A stretch of 64,000 nucleotides of DNA from an uncultured archaeon (GCA_964608675.1 CAZSOZ010000002.1:1-64000); one strand, 5' to 3'; positions 46,363 through 55,513 are shown, numbered from the stretch's first letter. A program made the numbers and translations. The notes: generated by a model from the letters alone, not told the origin.

Positions 46363-46953
46363 TTACAGCACTCCTTTTGTTGAAGGAACCCCTTTGATTC
46401 TTTCATCTGTTTCCACTGCCATTCTGACAGCTCTTCCAAATGCCTTAAACATTGCCTCTATTTTGTGGTGTGTGTTTCTTCCCTCCAAAACTTTTATGTA
46501 GAGGTTTATTCCTGCATTAAATGCAACTGCTTCAAAGAAATCCTGAATTAATTCTGTTGGCAGATCTCCAATTATTTCTCTTTCAAATTCTGCTTTAATT
46601 ACAGGAAAACCTCTGTCCGAAAAATCAACTGCACACAATGCAATCGATTCATTCATTGGAATTAATGCATTTCCATACCTCTTTATTCCTTTTTTTTCTT
46701 CTAAAGCTTTTTTTAATGCAATGCCTAAGCAAATTCCAATGTCTTCAACTATGTGGTGTTCATCCACTTCAAGGTCTCCTTTTGCTTTCAAATTCAAGTC
46801 AATTAATGATTGTTTTGAAAACAATTCAAGCAGGTGGTTTAAGAAACCGATTTTTGAATCAACTTCATATTTTCCTGTTCCATCTAAATCTATTTCTAAT
46901 TCAATTTTTGTTTCATTTGTTTTTCTTTCAATTTTTGCTTTTCTCATAGCCAA
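46363..46953 (-). CDS. hisB: Imidazoleglycerol-phosphate dehydratase
   Basis: RKTNET, GDLEVDEHHIVED, GRNTHHKIEAMFKA, PSTKGVL. Confidence 0.96.
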   Translation of the reverse strand: MAMRKAKIERKTNETKIELEIDLDGTGKYEVDSKIGFLNHLLELFSKQSLIDLNLKAKGDLEVDEHHIVEDIGICLGIALKKALEEKKGIKRYGNALIPMNESIALCAVDFSDRGFPVIKAEFEREIIGDLPTELIQDFFEAVAFNAGINLYIKVLEGRNTHHKIEAMFKAFGRAVRMAVETDERIKGVPSTKGVL

Positions 46954-48010
46954 CTTCCTCCAGTATTTTTTTCAGTTCCTCAACAAAAAACTCCGTTTGT
47001 TTTTGTGTTCCTATTCCAATTCTGATGCACCCTTCAAGCAAAGAATACCTGCTTCTGTCTCTCACTAAAATATTTTTTTCTCTGAGTTTTTTTGAGATCA
47101 GTGAAGCGTTTTCTCCAAATTTTGCAATAAAAAAGTTTGCTGAAGTAGGAAAAGTTTTGATTTGCATTTTATTGAATTCATTTAAAGTAAATTCTCTTGC
47201 ATTCAAAACTTCTTTAATGTATTTTTCAGTGTATTCCTTGTCTTTTAATGCAGCTAATACTCCAATAACACTTAAAGAACTCACGCTGTAAGGAGAACCG
47301 GCTTTCAGCAGAACAGAAATTATTTTTTTGCAGCTTGCCAGAAAAGCAATTCTTAATCCAGCTAATCCTGCTCCTTTGCTAAAGCTCCTTAAAACAACCA
47401 GATTACTGTATTTGTCAATTAAGTCAATTACTGTTTCTTTGCAGACATCATAATATGCTTCATCAACCAAAACAATGCAGTTATTTTCTTCTGCTTTTTC
47501 AATTACTTTAATTATTGTTTTTCTTTCAATTTTTGTTCCTGTCGGGTTATTTGGATTGCATAAAACAACCAAGTTTGTTTTTGGCTTTATTGCTTTAAGA
47601 ATTCCTTTTTCAGGAAAACTTAAGTCTTTGCTGTAAAGCACTTTAGTTATTTTTGCTCCTCTTAATTCTGCATAAAACCTGAACATTGCAAAAGTGGGAA
47701 CTGCAATAACAACTTCTTCTCCTTCTTCTACAAAACAGTTCATTAAATTCCTTATTCCTTCGTCTCCTCCATTAGTTACAACAATGTTTTCTTTTTTTAA
47801 TCCAAGAGATTCAGCTATTTTTTCTCTTGCTTCATTGTATTCAGGGTAAACACAGAAATCTTCTGCTGCTGCATTTTTTATTGCTTCAATTACTTTAATT
47901 GAAGGGCCTAAAGTGTTTTCATTAAAATCCAGCCTTAATTTTCCTTTTCTGCTTTCTGTCGGCGGATCATAAGATTTCATTTCTTTTACTGCTTTCCTGA
48001 TTTTAACCAT
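46928..48010 (-). CDS. hisC: Histidinol-phosphate aminotransferase
   Basis: LDFNEN, NPNNPTG, DEAY, RSFSKGAGLAGLR; operon context. Confidence 0.93.
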   Translation of the reverse strand: MVKIRKAVKEMKSYDPPTESRKGKLRLDFNENTLGPSIKVIEAIKNAAAEDFCVYPEYNEAREKIAESLGLKKENIVVTNGGDEGIRNLMNCFVEEGEEVVIAVPTFAMFRFYAELRGAKITKVLYSKDLSFPEKGILKAIKPKTNLVVLCNPNNPTGTKIERKTIIKVIEKAEENNCIVLVDEAYYDVCKETVIDLIDKYSNLVVLRSFSKGAGLAGLRIAFLASCKKIISVLLKAGSPYSVSSLSVIGVLAALKDKEYTEKYIKEVLNAREFTLNEFNKMQIKTFPTSANFFIAKFGENASLISKKLREKNILVRDRSRYSLLEGCIRIGIGTQKQTEFFVEELKKILEEVGYEKSKN

Positions 48011-48744
48011 TTTACTGCCTCCATTAAATCTTCAATTTTTTTTATTGAATAATCCCCTAAATTTTCTTCTCCTAAATAAATTGATTGTATTTTTGCTTTT
48101 TCTGAAGCCAAAACATCGTTAATGCTGTCCCCTACATAAACTACTTTTTTTGAGCCAATCTTTTTTGCAGCTAAAAGCAATGGTTCTGGATAAGGCTTTG
48201 CTTTTTTTGTGTCTTCCATGCAGACAATTTTCTTTAAATCAAAAAACTCTTCTAATGAATTCAGTTTCAAAGAATATTCTGCTTCTTTTCTCGGCCTTCC
48301 GGTAACAATTCCCAGCTTAAACTCTTTTTTTAGTTTTTCAAAAACTTTTTTTGGAATCATCAATTTTTCTTTATTAATCAAACCATTTTCTTTTGTTACT
48401 GGTTTTCTTCCATAGATTGTTTTGTATAATTTTTCTCCAAGATATTTTGCCTGAAATAATTCAAACAATTCAATGTATTTTTTGCTTTTCCTGTCTTTTT
48501 CTGTTATTTGCTTTATTTTTTTTTTGAATTCTTCTTTTGGAATGTCTTTTTCTAGCAAACTTATTAATGCATAGGTTGCATTCCAGTCATTGTTAAATTC
48601 AGGGATTTTTTTTATAGCTGAAACTTCTTCTTGTGAAACACTTTTTTCTAAAAATTCTTCTGATGTCTGCCTTATTGCTTCCCTGTATGACTCTGATACA
48701 TCAATTATTACTCCGTCAATGTCAAATATTATTGAATCAATCAT
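47986..48744 (-). CDS. HAD-family phosphatase, probable histidinol-phosphate phosphatase
   Basis: FDIDGVIIDV, NNDW, VTGRP, KPYPEP, YVGDS..D; lies between hisD and hisC. Confidence 0.8.
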   Translation of the reverse strand: MIDSIIFDIDGVIIDVSESYREAIRQTSEEFLEKSVSQEEVSAIKKIPEFNNDWNATYALISLLEKDIPKEEFKKKIKQITEKDRKSKKYIELFELFQAKYLGEKLYKTIYGRKPVTKENGLINKEKLMIPKKVFEKLKKEFKLGIVTGRPRKEAEYSLKLNSLEEFFDLKKIVCMEDTKKAKPYPEPLLLAAKKIGSKKVVYVGDSINDVLASEKAKIQSIYLGEENLGDYSIKKIEDLMEAVKWLKSGKQ

Positions 48745-48772
48745 TTTTTTTTCCTCCGAATTTTTTTATTAA

Positions 48773-50047
48773 TTATTTGAACCTTATTTTTGCCGAGTTT
48801 TTGTGTGCAGGCAGGCTTTCAATGTCTGCAAAAACCTTAATTGTTTCTAAAAGATTTTTTAGTCCTTTTTTTGAAATTTTCTGGACAAAAGGGGTAACCA
48901 AGAAATCCCTTGCATTTAATCCAGAAGAAAACCCTGCATTTCTTCCAGTGGGCAGAATGTGGTTTGTTCCAGAACAATAATCTCCTGCAGCAACAGGAGA
49001 ATATTCTCCTACAAAAATTGAGCCCGCACACTTTATTTTCTTTAAGTCTTTTTTGCTGTCTTCAAATAAAATCAAGTGTTCTGGTGCAAGCTCATTAACT
49101 ACTTCAATTGCCTGATTCCAAGTTTTAGTTAAAATTATTGTTCCATTCCTTTTCAATGATTCTTTAATTACTTTTTTTGTTTCAAGTTTTTCTATTTGCT
49201 TTAATGCCTCTTTTTTTGCCTGTAATGCAAGCTTTTTGTTTGTTGTAACCAAAACCGTTTTAGCCAGTTCATCGTGTTCTGCCTGAGCCAAAATCTCTGA
49301 AGCAATAAATTCTGCATTGCCTTTTCTTGCCAGAATACAGCATTCACTTGGCCCTGCAATTGAATCAATTCCAACGCCTTTTCCAAAAACAATTTTTTTT
49401 GCTGTAGCAACAAAAATATTTCCCGGCCCAGTAATTTTATTCACTTTAGGGATTTTTTTTGTTCCAACTGCCATTGCCGCAATTGCCTGTGCTCCTCCTA
49501 TTTTAACTATTTTATTCACTTTGCACAAATCTGCTGCAACTAAAATAAACGGGTTAATGCTTCCGTTTTTTTCTGGGGGAGTGCATAAAACGATTTTCTT
49601 GCATCCTGCTGTTTTTGCAGGAACCAAATTCATTAAAACACTTGAAGGATAAGGATATTTTCCTCCGGGAACATAAACCCCGACTTTTTCAATTGGTCTG
49701 GTTAATTCTCCTATTTTAACTCCTTTTCTTGTTTCAACAGCCCATTCTTTGGGTAATTGTTTTTTACAGCTTTTTTCAAGGTTTTTTTTGGCAAACTTTA
49801 ATGCATTTAACTGTTTTTTTGAAACTTTTTTGTATGCATCTTTTATTTCTTTTTTTGAAACAAGGATTTCTTTTAGTTTAACTTTATCGAATTTTTCAGT
49901 AAAGCCTATTAGAGCTTTGTCCCCTTTATTTTTCACTTCCTTTATTATTTCTTTAACTGTTTCTTCTATTCTTTCAGTTTCTTCTTCTGTATCTCTCATT
50001 AAATCATTTATTTGATTTTTTTCCCTGAATTCAATTATTTTCATCAT
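48773..50047 (-). CDS. hisD: Histidinol dehydrogenase
   Basis: GVYVPGG, GGAQAIAA, GPGN.FV, AGPSE, QAEHD, APEHL, GTNHILPT. Confidence 0.97.
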   Translation of the reverse strand: MMKIIEFREKNQINDLMRDTEEETERIEETVKEIIKEVKNKGDKALIGFTEKFDKVKLKEILVSKKEIKDAYKKVSKKQLNALKFAKKNLEKSCKKQLPKEWAVETRKGVKIGELTRPIEKVGVYVPGGKYPYPSSVLMNLVPAKTAGCKKIVLCTPPEKNGSINPFILVAADLCKVNKIVKIGGAQAIAAMAVGTKKIPKVNKITGPGNIFVATAKKIVFGKGVGIDSIAGPSECCILARKGNAEFIASEILAQAEHDELAKTVLVTTNKKLALQAKKEALKQIEKLETKKVIKESLKRNGTIILTKTWNQAIEVVNELAPEHLILFEDSKKDLKKIKCAGSIFVGEYSPVAAGDYCSGTNHILPTGRNAGFSSGLNARDFLVTPFVQKISKKGLKNLLETIKVFADIESLPAHKNSAKIRFK

Positions 50048-50067
50048 TTTATTACCTCAAAACTTAA

Positions 50068-50385
50068 TCATTTTACTCTTTCAAAACAGTTTTTTTTGTT
50101 TAAATGACAGGCATTTCCTTTTTGTTCTACTTTAAACAATAAAGTGTCTTTATCACAGTCAACAAAAACCTGTTTTAATTTTTGGGTGTTGCCAGAGGTT
50201 TCCCCTTTTCTCCACAGTTTTTTCCTGCTCCTGCTGTAATACCATCCTTGTTTTTTTTTTATTGCTTTTTCTAATGATTCTTTAGTTGAATAAGCAAGCA
50301 TTAACACTTCCCTGCTTTTTTCTTCCTGAACAATTGTTGGAATTAATCCTTTTCCTTTGTTCCAGTCAACCTTTTTTTGATTCAT
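50068..50385 (-). CDS. hisI: Phosphoribosyl-AMP cyclohydrolase
   Basis: VLMLAY, SRSRKKLWRKGETSGN, DCDKD, ACH...CF; start reassigned to ATG 50385. Confidence 0.95.
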   Translation of the reverse strand: MNQKKVDWNKGKGLIPTIVQEEKSREVLMLAYSTKESLEKAIKKKQGWYYSRSRKKLWRKGETSGNTQKLKQVFVDCDKDTLLFKVEQKGNACHLNKKNCFERVK

Positions 50386-50647
50386 TGTTTCTCCTCTCCA
50401 GTTCAATAAAAACTTCTTTTAGTTTTACTTCCCTTTTTGCAAGCAAAACCATCAAAAAATAGAGTAAATCAGCTGCTTCCCATACAACTTCTTTTTTTTC
50501 TTTTATTTCTGCTGCTTCAATCAGTTCTTCACTTTCTTCACTAATTTTTGTAACAAGAAGCAAGGGATCTTTAAGTAATTCGCATGTAAAAGATTTTTCA
50601 GAAAAAGATTGCTTTCTTTTTTCAATGATTTTTTCCAGAGAAAACAA
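50366..50647 (-). CDS. hisE: Phosphoribosyl-ATP pyrophosphatase (start uncertain)
   Basis: KISEESEELIEA, EAADLLYF, ELERR. Confidence 0.9.
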   Translation of the reverse strand: MFSLEKIIEKRKQSFSEKSFTCELLKDPLLLVTKISEESEELIEAAEIKEKKEVVWEAADLLYFLMVLLAKREVKLKEVFIELERRNNESKKG

Positions 50648-50747
50648 GTCAAATTCGTTTTTTGTGAACTGAATCCCTTCTCATAAAAGCACCAGAAACT
50701 CTTCTTTCCTCTAAATAAATAAAATCAGCAATGAACTAAACCACTTA

Positions 50748-50766
50748 GTGGGAATAATGTGGGAAT
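50748..50766. promoter_or_regulatory. Direct-repeat operator candidate upstream of his operon
   Basis: GTGGGAAT-AAT-GTGGGAAT, 11-bp period. Confidence 0.5.
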
Positions 50767-50794
50767 CATATACTAATAGAGTTGCATAATCTTT

Positions 50795-51181
50795 TTAAAC
50801 CTTTGCGAATTTTGCCTTGAGAATCAGTTTTTCTTTTTCCAGTTCTTTTTTTACTTTGCCCAAATTTGCTTTGCTGAAGTCTGCTACCACATTCCATAAA
50901 GCTTCTTTTCCTCTTTTTGTGCTTCGTGATTCAGTAAAAACCAAATCCACTTTATTTTTTCTGAGAATTTCTGCTGCTTTTGCTAAAGAACCTGCTTTGT
51001 CGCTCAAAAAAATATGCATTTTTTTTACTTTTCTTTCCAATGGAAACAACACTATTCTTTCGTTTTCTTTGTCCAGTTCTGCTATTATTTTTTCTCCTTT
51101 TTTTATTCCTAATGCTTCTCTAAAAGAGTTTGGAATCACTATTCTTCCTTTGGAGTCAATTTTTGAGTTCTGCGTGTTCAT
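50795..51181 (-). CDS. AbrB/MraZ-type DNA-binding domain fused to ACT domain
   Basis: KIDSKGRIVIP..FREALGI..GE; ACT LSDKAGSLAKAAEILRKNKVDL. Confidence 0.82.
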   Translation of the reverse strand: MNTQNSKIDSKGRIVIPNSFREALGIKKGEKIIAELDKENERIVLFPLERKVKKMHIFLSDKAGSLAKAAEILRKNKVDLVFTESRSTKRGKEALWNVVADFSKANLGKVKKELEKEKLILKAKFAKV

Positions 51182-51248
51182 GCATTAATTACTGCTTTTC
51201 ACTTATTTAATGTTACTGTTAAATACTTGTCTGGTTTTATTTAAGTGC

Positions 51249-51873
51249 ATGAAAAACAGGATTTGCTTTTTTTTTTGTATTATTGCTTGTTTTTTCTTTT
51301 GGTTGTCCTGAAGAAAAAAAAGAGAAATCAAATAGTTTGCCTGATTTGGATTTTGAACCAAAACAGGAAGAAATAACTGAAGAATTTGAGTACTTGGATT
51401 ACACTAATTATGATATTTTTGAAATGGAAAAAAACATTCATGAATTAATCAATGAAGAAAAAATTAAGTTGGGCATGAATCCATTAACTTTTGATGAAGC
51501 TCTTGCGTTTATTGCAAGAAAGCATTCAAAGGACATGGCTGAAAACAATTTTTTTTCTCATTTTGACTTAAACGGAAACGATTTCAGTTACAGGTATGCA
51601 CAGGCAGGTTATGTATGCGAGATTAAAACAGGGAATTTGATTCATTTGGGTGCAGAAAACTTATTCAAATATAATATAGCAAAAACTGTTTACTCTGATG
51701 GTAGTGTTGCGGAATATAATACTCAGGAAGAATTAGAGGTTTCTGCTGTTCAGGGCTGGATGAATTCCCTTCCCCACAGGGAAAACATTGAAGAGAGTTT
51801 CTGGTTGAAAGAAGGAATAGGGGTTTACATTGATGAAGAAGGCGAAGTTTTGGTTACAGAAAACTTTTGCTGA
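51249..51873 (+). CDS. CAP/SCP-domain lipoprotein; signal peptide out of frame at a poly-T tract
   Basis: ARKHSKDMA..NFFSH, GAENL, GWMNSLPHRENI, GIGV; ATG 51249 joins the frame if T10 were T9. Confidence 0.8.
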
Positions 51874-51879
51874 ACTATT

Positions 51880-52109
51880 TTTTATTTAACTATTCCTTGT
51901 TTTCGTTACTTTAATGGCTTTTTTTGTGTTTCTTTGGTGAGTGTTGTATCTCTGATAGTTAACTTATTTTCATTTTCTATTCATAATTATGCTTTTTTGC
52001 CGTTTCATCTGGAACTTCTCCATTTCATGCCCCAAAATTTTTTCTTCTTGCAACAACCCAAAAAAACAAGATTGAAACAACGGCTAAAACCAAAAAATTT
52101 TTTTTTCAT
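51880..52109 (-). pseudogene. Possible degraded lipoprotein gene remnant
   Basis: ATG AAA AAA followed by frameshifted fragments LVLAVVSILF and LGC, then multiple stops. Confidence 0.25.
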
Positions 52110-52220
52110 GTTCCAGTTTAGTTAAAAACCCAGGGTTATTCCTTTGTTTTTGGCTGAAACAAACTATTTTAAATAAAAAAAACAATAGTTATTTCATTTC
52201 TTTAGGTAGGAGGCAAAAAT

Positions 52221-52415
52221 ATGTTTGAAAAAAAAGGCATTCCCGGAGAACAGCCAAAATACACGGTTTTTTCTATTATTCCTTTGCTTGTATTGATTCT
52301 GGCAGTATTATGGTTTTTGGATGAAATAGCTTTAATTAACACTAGAATTCCATGGCTTCCGGCAATCTTTATGTTAATTGCTATTGGCTGGATTCTTCAT
52401 TCAGGCCAAAAATAA
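52221..52415 (+). CDS. Small two-TM membrane protein
   Basis: GGAGG RBS, ATG, two hydrophobic helices. Confidence 0.65.
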   Translation: MFEKKGIPGEQPKYTVFSIIPLLVLILAVLWFLDEIALINTRIPWLPAIFMLIAIGWILHSGQK

Positions 52416-52484
52416 AGCATTTTTTATTTTTTTGGAGCAATATTAGTAAACTTTGTTGTTCAGCCTTCTTTACTTTTAATTAAT

Positions 52485-52985
52485 TTAAGTTTTTTTGATT
52501 TTTGGAGGTTTTGGACGCCATAAACGAGTTTTTCTGTGAGTTAAATAAAAGTTTGGAGGAGTTTTTTTCCTTCCTTTCAAGTAATACAATGAAGCCACTT
52601 GAATCTTTCCTGCAGTAACTCCTCTTGCAATCAAATTTTTTCTTGCTAATTCAAGTGTTTTCCCTGAACTAATACTGTTATCTACAATTAAAACTCTTTT
52701 TCCTTTAAGAGAAGTTTTTCCACTTCTAACTATTGATGGTTCTTGAAATAATTTAACCACTTCAGCTAAAGCTTTAGGAATCTTTCCCTGTCTTTTTTTC
52801 TTTGAAACAGGTCGGTTAATTGTAATTCTTTCAATTTTAATTCCTAATTCTCTTGAAATAATTTTTGCAATAGAAAGTCCCTTGGATTCAATAGCTAAAA
52901 TCAAGTCAGGTTTAAATCTGCTTTCCTTAATTTTTTTCGCCAAAGCTTTAGTGTATTCTTCTTTTTTTTCCCAGTTTTCTGCCAT
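52485..52985 (-). CDS. Type I phosphoribosyltransferase-like protein (basic, divergent)
   Basis: FKPDLILAIESKG; PRPP loop RVLIVDNSISSGKTL (DN instead of DD). Confidence 0.75.
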   Translation of the reverse strand: MAENWEKKEEYTKALAKKIKESRFKPDLILAIESKGLSIAKIISRELGIKIERITINRPVSKKKRQGKIPKALAEVVKLFQEPSIVRSGKTSLKGKRVLIVDNSISSGKTLELARKNLIARGVTAGKIQVASLYYLKGRKKTPPNFYLTHRKTRLWRPKPPKIKKT

Positions 52986-53249
52986 AAAATAATTACACTT
53001 GAAACACTTTTTTAGCTTTTCTTTTTATCCCAAACTAGTTTATATTTTTTTGATTAGTGTTTACTTTAAGTTTTTGAGGTGAATTTATAGCAGTTTTTGT
53101 TAATTTTAAATGTCTTCATGGTGGTAAAGTAACAGAAAAAATGGAAAACATGATTTATTCAAAATATTATTAGCCTATTAGTCTATTTTTGTTTCCCATT
53201 TCATTAATTTTTTGTATGTCTTTTTTTGAAAGCTTCCAGTCAAACAATT

Positions 53250-54128
53250 TCATGTTTTCTTTTCTTTGTTTTCTTTTTTTGATAGAAAATAAACTCCAAA
53301 GAAAACAAGAAGGGTTCCTGTTAACTGCATTAAAGTAATGTTTTCATATAAAATAAAAAAAGCAAGAACTCCGGCAAACAAAGGAGCAGTTAATTCTAAG
53401 GCAGACGATTGTGCAGCTTTTAGCCTTTTAATTGACTCAAAAAATAAAATTATTCCGATTCCGCCGGCTAGCCCTAAAAGAAATTGAAATATATTTGAAA
53501 AACCGATTGAAGAATAAAAAAGCAAGTAAAAAAAGAAAACAAGGAATGCAATTGAAAACCTGTAAAAAGATACAACTCCCGCATTCATTTCTTTTAAGTA
53601 TTTTCTCATTGCAATAGTTGAAGTAGCCCAAAAAAAAGTTGCAGTCAAGATAAGCAGGTCGCCTAAAGAACCAAGGTTAAATAAAAAAAGGTTTTCAATT
53701 GTCCTGGTTGTAACCATTAAAGCAGAAATAATCATTAAAAAAATTCCAAGATAATCAAATTTACTTAAAACATCTTCTTTTAATACAAGGAATCCAATTA
53801 AAACAACAAAAATTGGCTGTAAATGCCCTAACATTACTGCATTAACTGCAGGAACTGAAGCCAGAGCAAAAAAATAAATTAAGTCTCCAATAAGAGTTCC
53901 CGCAACAGCAACATAAATTATTCCTGTGAACTTTTTTTTGTTTGGCTTAAAGTTTCCTTTTGAAATCAAACCGTAAGCTAATGCAATTAATGTAATTACT
54001 CCTACTCTAATTAATTGTGTTTCAAAAAAATCAGCATTAATGTATGAAAGTTTTGCAAAAACTGGTTCTACTGCCCACATTAAACTTGCGCCTAAAACAG
54101 CCAGAACTCCAACAGATTTTTTGTCCAT
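53250..54128 (-). CDS. DMT/EamA family transporter
   Basis: About 10 TMs in two EamA repeats; QPIFVVLIGFLVLKE, APLFAGVLAFFILYE. Confidence 0.88.
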   Translation of the reverse strand: MDKKSVGVLAVLGASLMWAVEPVFAKLSYINADFFETQLIRVGVITLIALAYGLISKGNFKPNKKKFTGIIYVAVAGTLIGDLIYFFALASVPAVNAVMLGHLQPIFVVLIGFLVLKEDVLSKFDYLGIFLMIISALMVTTRTIENLFLFNLGSLGDLLILTATFFWATSTIAMRKYLKEMNAGVVSFYRFSIAFLVFFFYLLFYSSIGFSNIFQFLLGLAGGIGIILFFESIKRLKAAQSSALELTAPLFAGVLAFFILYENITLMQLTGTLLVFFGVYFLSKKENKEKKT

Positions 54129-54184
54129 TCAATAAATTTTGTTGTTGGATGTATTTAATTGTATTTTAAATTTAAAATCAGTGA

Positions 54185-54238
54185 AGTGCTATCAAATGAA
54201 ATGAAGATAGCACGCTCTATTCGCGCGAGCAGGCACGA
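54185..54238 (-). repeat. tRNA-downstream palindromic repeat (family A)
   Basis: Minus strand CTGCTCGCGCGAATAGAGCGTGCTATCTTCATTTCATTTGATAGCACT. Confidence 0.8.
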
Positions 54239-54241
54239 AAA

Positions 54242-54316
54242 TGCTCCGACCGGGATTCGAACCCGGGTCTACGGCTTGAAAGGCCGCTATGCTTGGCCGG
54301 ACTACACTATCGGAGC
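54242..54316 (-). tRNA. tRNA-Glu(TTC)
   Basis: GCTCCGA/TCGGAGC-A, GCGGC-CT-TTC-AA-GCCGT. Confidence 0.95.
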
Positions 54317-54510
54317 GGCTGCTGCTGTCAGCCGGCATCAGTGCAGGACATTTGCTGCGCTCAGTCCAGCTGGACATGATTTTTGAATAAATAATTCTCA
54401 AACAGTTTTTATAAAGTTTTAGTTTAAGAATTATTATAAATTAAAGCAGTTATCTATTTTAGTAAAGGATTGTTTTTAAATTTATTGAACTGAAAAAAGA
54501 GGTTTAAAAA

Positions 54511-54678
54511 ATGGCTAGATTCAAGGAAGCAGACAACAGAATTTTCAAGGACGTTTGGATTTGCATGAAATGCAATTCAAAAAATAAGGGAAGCAAATCA
54601 AAAAAACCAAACAAATGCAGAAAATGCAATTCAAGGTCCTTGCGTTTAAAAAAGAAAGCAGCAAAGAAAGCTGCATAA
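54511..54678 (+). CDS. rpl40e: 50S ribosomal protein L40e
   Basis: MARFKEADNRIFKDVWICMKCNSKN...KCRKCNSRSLRLKKK; GAGGT RBS; below ORF-track cutoff. Confidence 0.9.
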   Translation: MARFKEADNRIFKDVWICMKCNSKNKGSKSKKPNKCRKCNSRSLRLKKKAAKKAA

Positions 54679-54691
54679 ATTTTATGGTAAA

Positions 54692-55513
54692 ATGAATCTG
54701 AAAGAATACATTAAATTAATTCGTCCAATTGACTGCATTGTTGCTTCAATTGGAGTATTTATTGGATTCAGTTTATCTGTTCAGGGAATAATTTTAATTC
54801 CTTTTCTTGGATATGCAATGCTTTCAGTGTTTTTTGTATGTGCAGGAGGACAGGCAGTAAACGATTTTTTTGATTTTGAAATAGACAAAAAAACAAACAA
54901 AAACAAGCCTTTAGTTAACGGTTCAATTTCACAAAAGCAGGCTTTAATTTTTTCTTTGACTCTTTTTTTAATTGGAATTTCATTTTCTTTTTTAGTTAAC
55001 TTGTATGCAGTTATTGCCGCTGGATTTTTTTCTTTGCTTTTAATTGCTTATTCTGCTTTAATGAAAAAAATAAAGTTTTTGGGCAATTTGGTTGTTTCAT
55101 TTAGTGTGGCTTTTACGATTTTGTTTGGTGCAATTATTTCTATGAATTTTTTTCTGCCTTTAATTTTGTTTATTGCAGCATTTTTTGCTAATACTGCAAG
55201 GGAAATCTTAAAGGATTTAGAGGATTTAGAAAGCGAAAAAGGAATTAAAATCACTTTGCCTCAAGTTCTTTCGATTAAAACAGTTTTTTCTTTAGTGGTT
55301 TTTTTATATTTTTTAAGTGTTTTAACAGGCTTTTATCCTTTTTTTACAGGAAGATTTAATTCAATTATTTATTTGTTTTTAATGAGTGGAGCAACAATTT
55401 TTTTTGCTTTAAGTTCAATTAAAATGTATGACAAAAATTTTTCTTGCTCACAAAAGCATTCAAAAACAGGAATGTTTTTGGGTTTGATTGCTTTTTTGTT
55501 TGGAGTAATTTAA
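54692..55513 (+). CDS. Digeranylgeranylglyceryl phosphate synthase-like UbiA prenyltransferase
   Basis: NDFFDFEIDK...KPL..G; AREILKDLEDLE...ITLP. Confidence 0.85.
   Translation: MNLKEYIKLIRPIDCIVASIGVFIGFSLSVQGIILIPFLGYAMLSVFFVCAGGQAVNDFFDFEIDKKTNKNKPLVNGSISQKQALIFSLTLFLIGISFSFLVNLYAVIAAGFFSLLLIAYSALMKKIKFLGNLVVSFSVAFTILFGAIISMNFFLPLILFIAAFFANTAREILKDLEDLESEKGIKITLPQVLSIKTVFSLVVFLYFLSVLTGFYPFFTGRFNSIIYLFLMSGATIFFALSSIKMYDKNFSCSQKHSKTGMFLGLIAFLFGVI

Noticed and set aside
43599-50015. Long plus-strand ORFs opposite the his genes
   Set aside because: Antisense shadows caused by codon bias; Phe/Ser-rich with no motifs
50725-50769. 14-codon uORF MIPTLFPLSGLVHC as a his attenuator leader
   Set aside because: Only one His codon and no terminator/antiterminator hairpins; it overlaps the direct repeat, which is better explained as an operator
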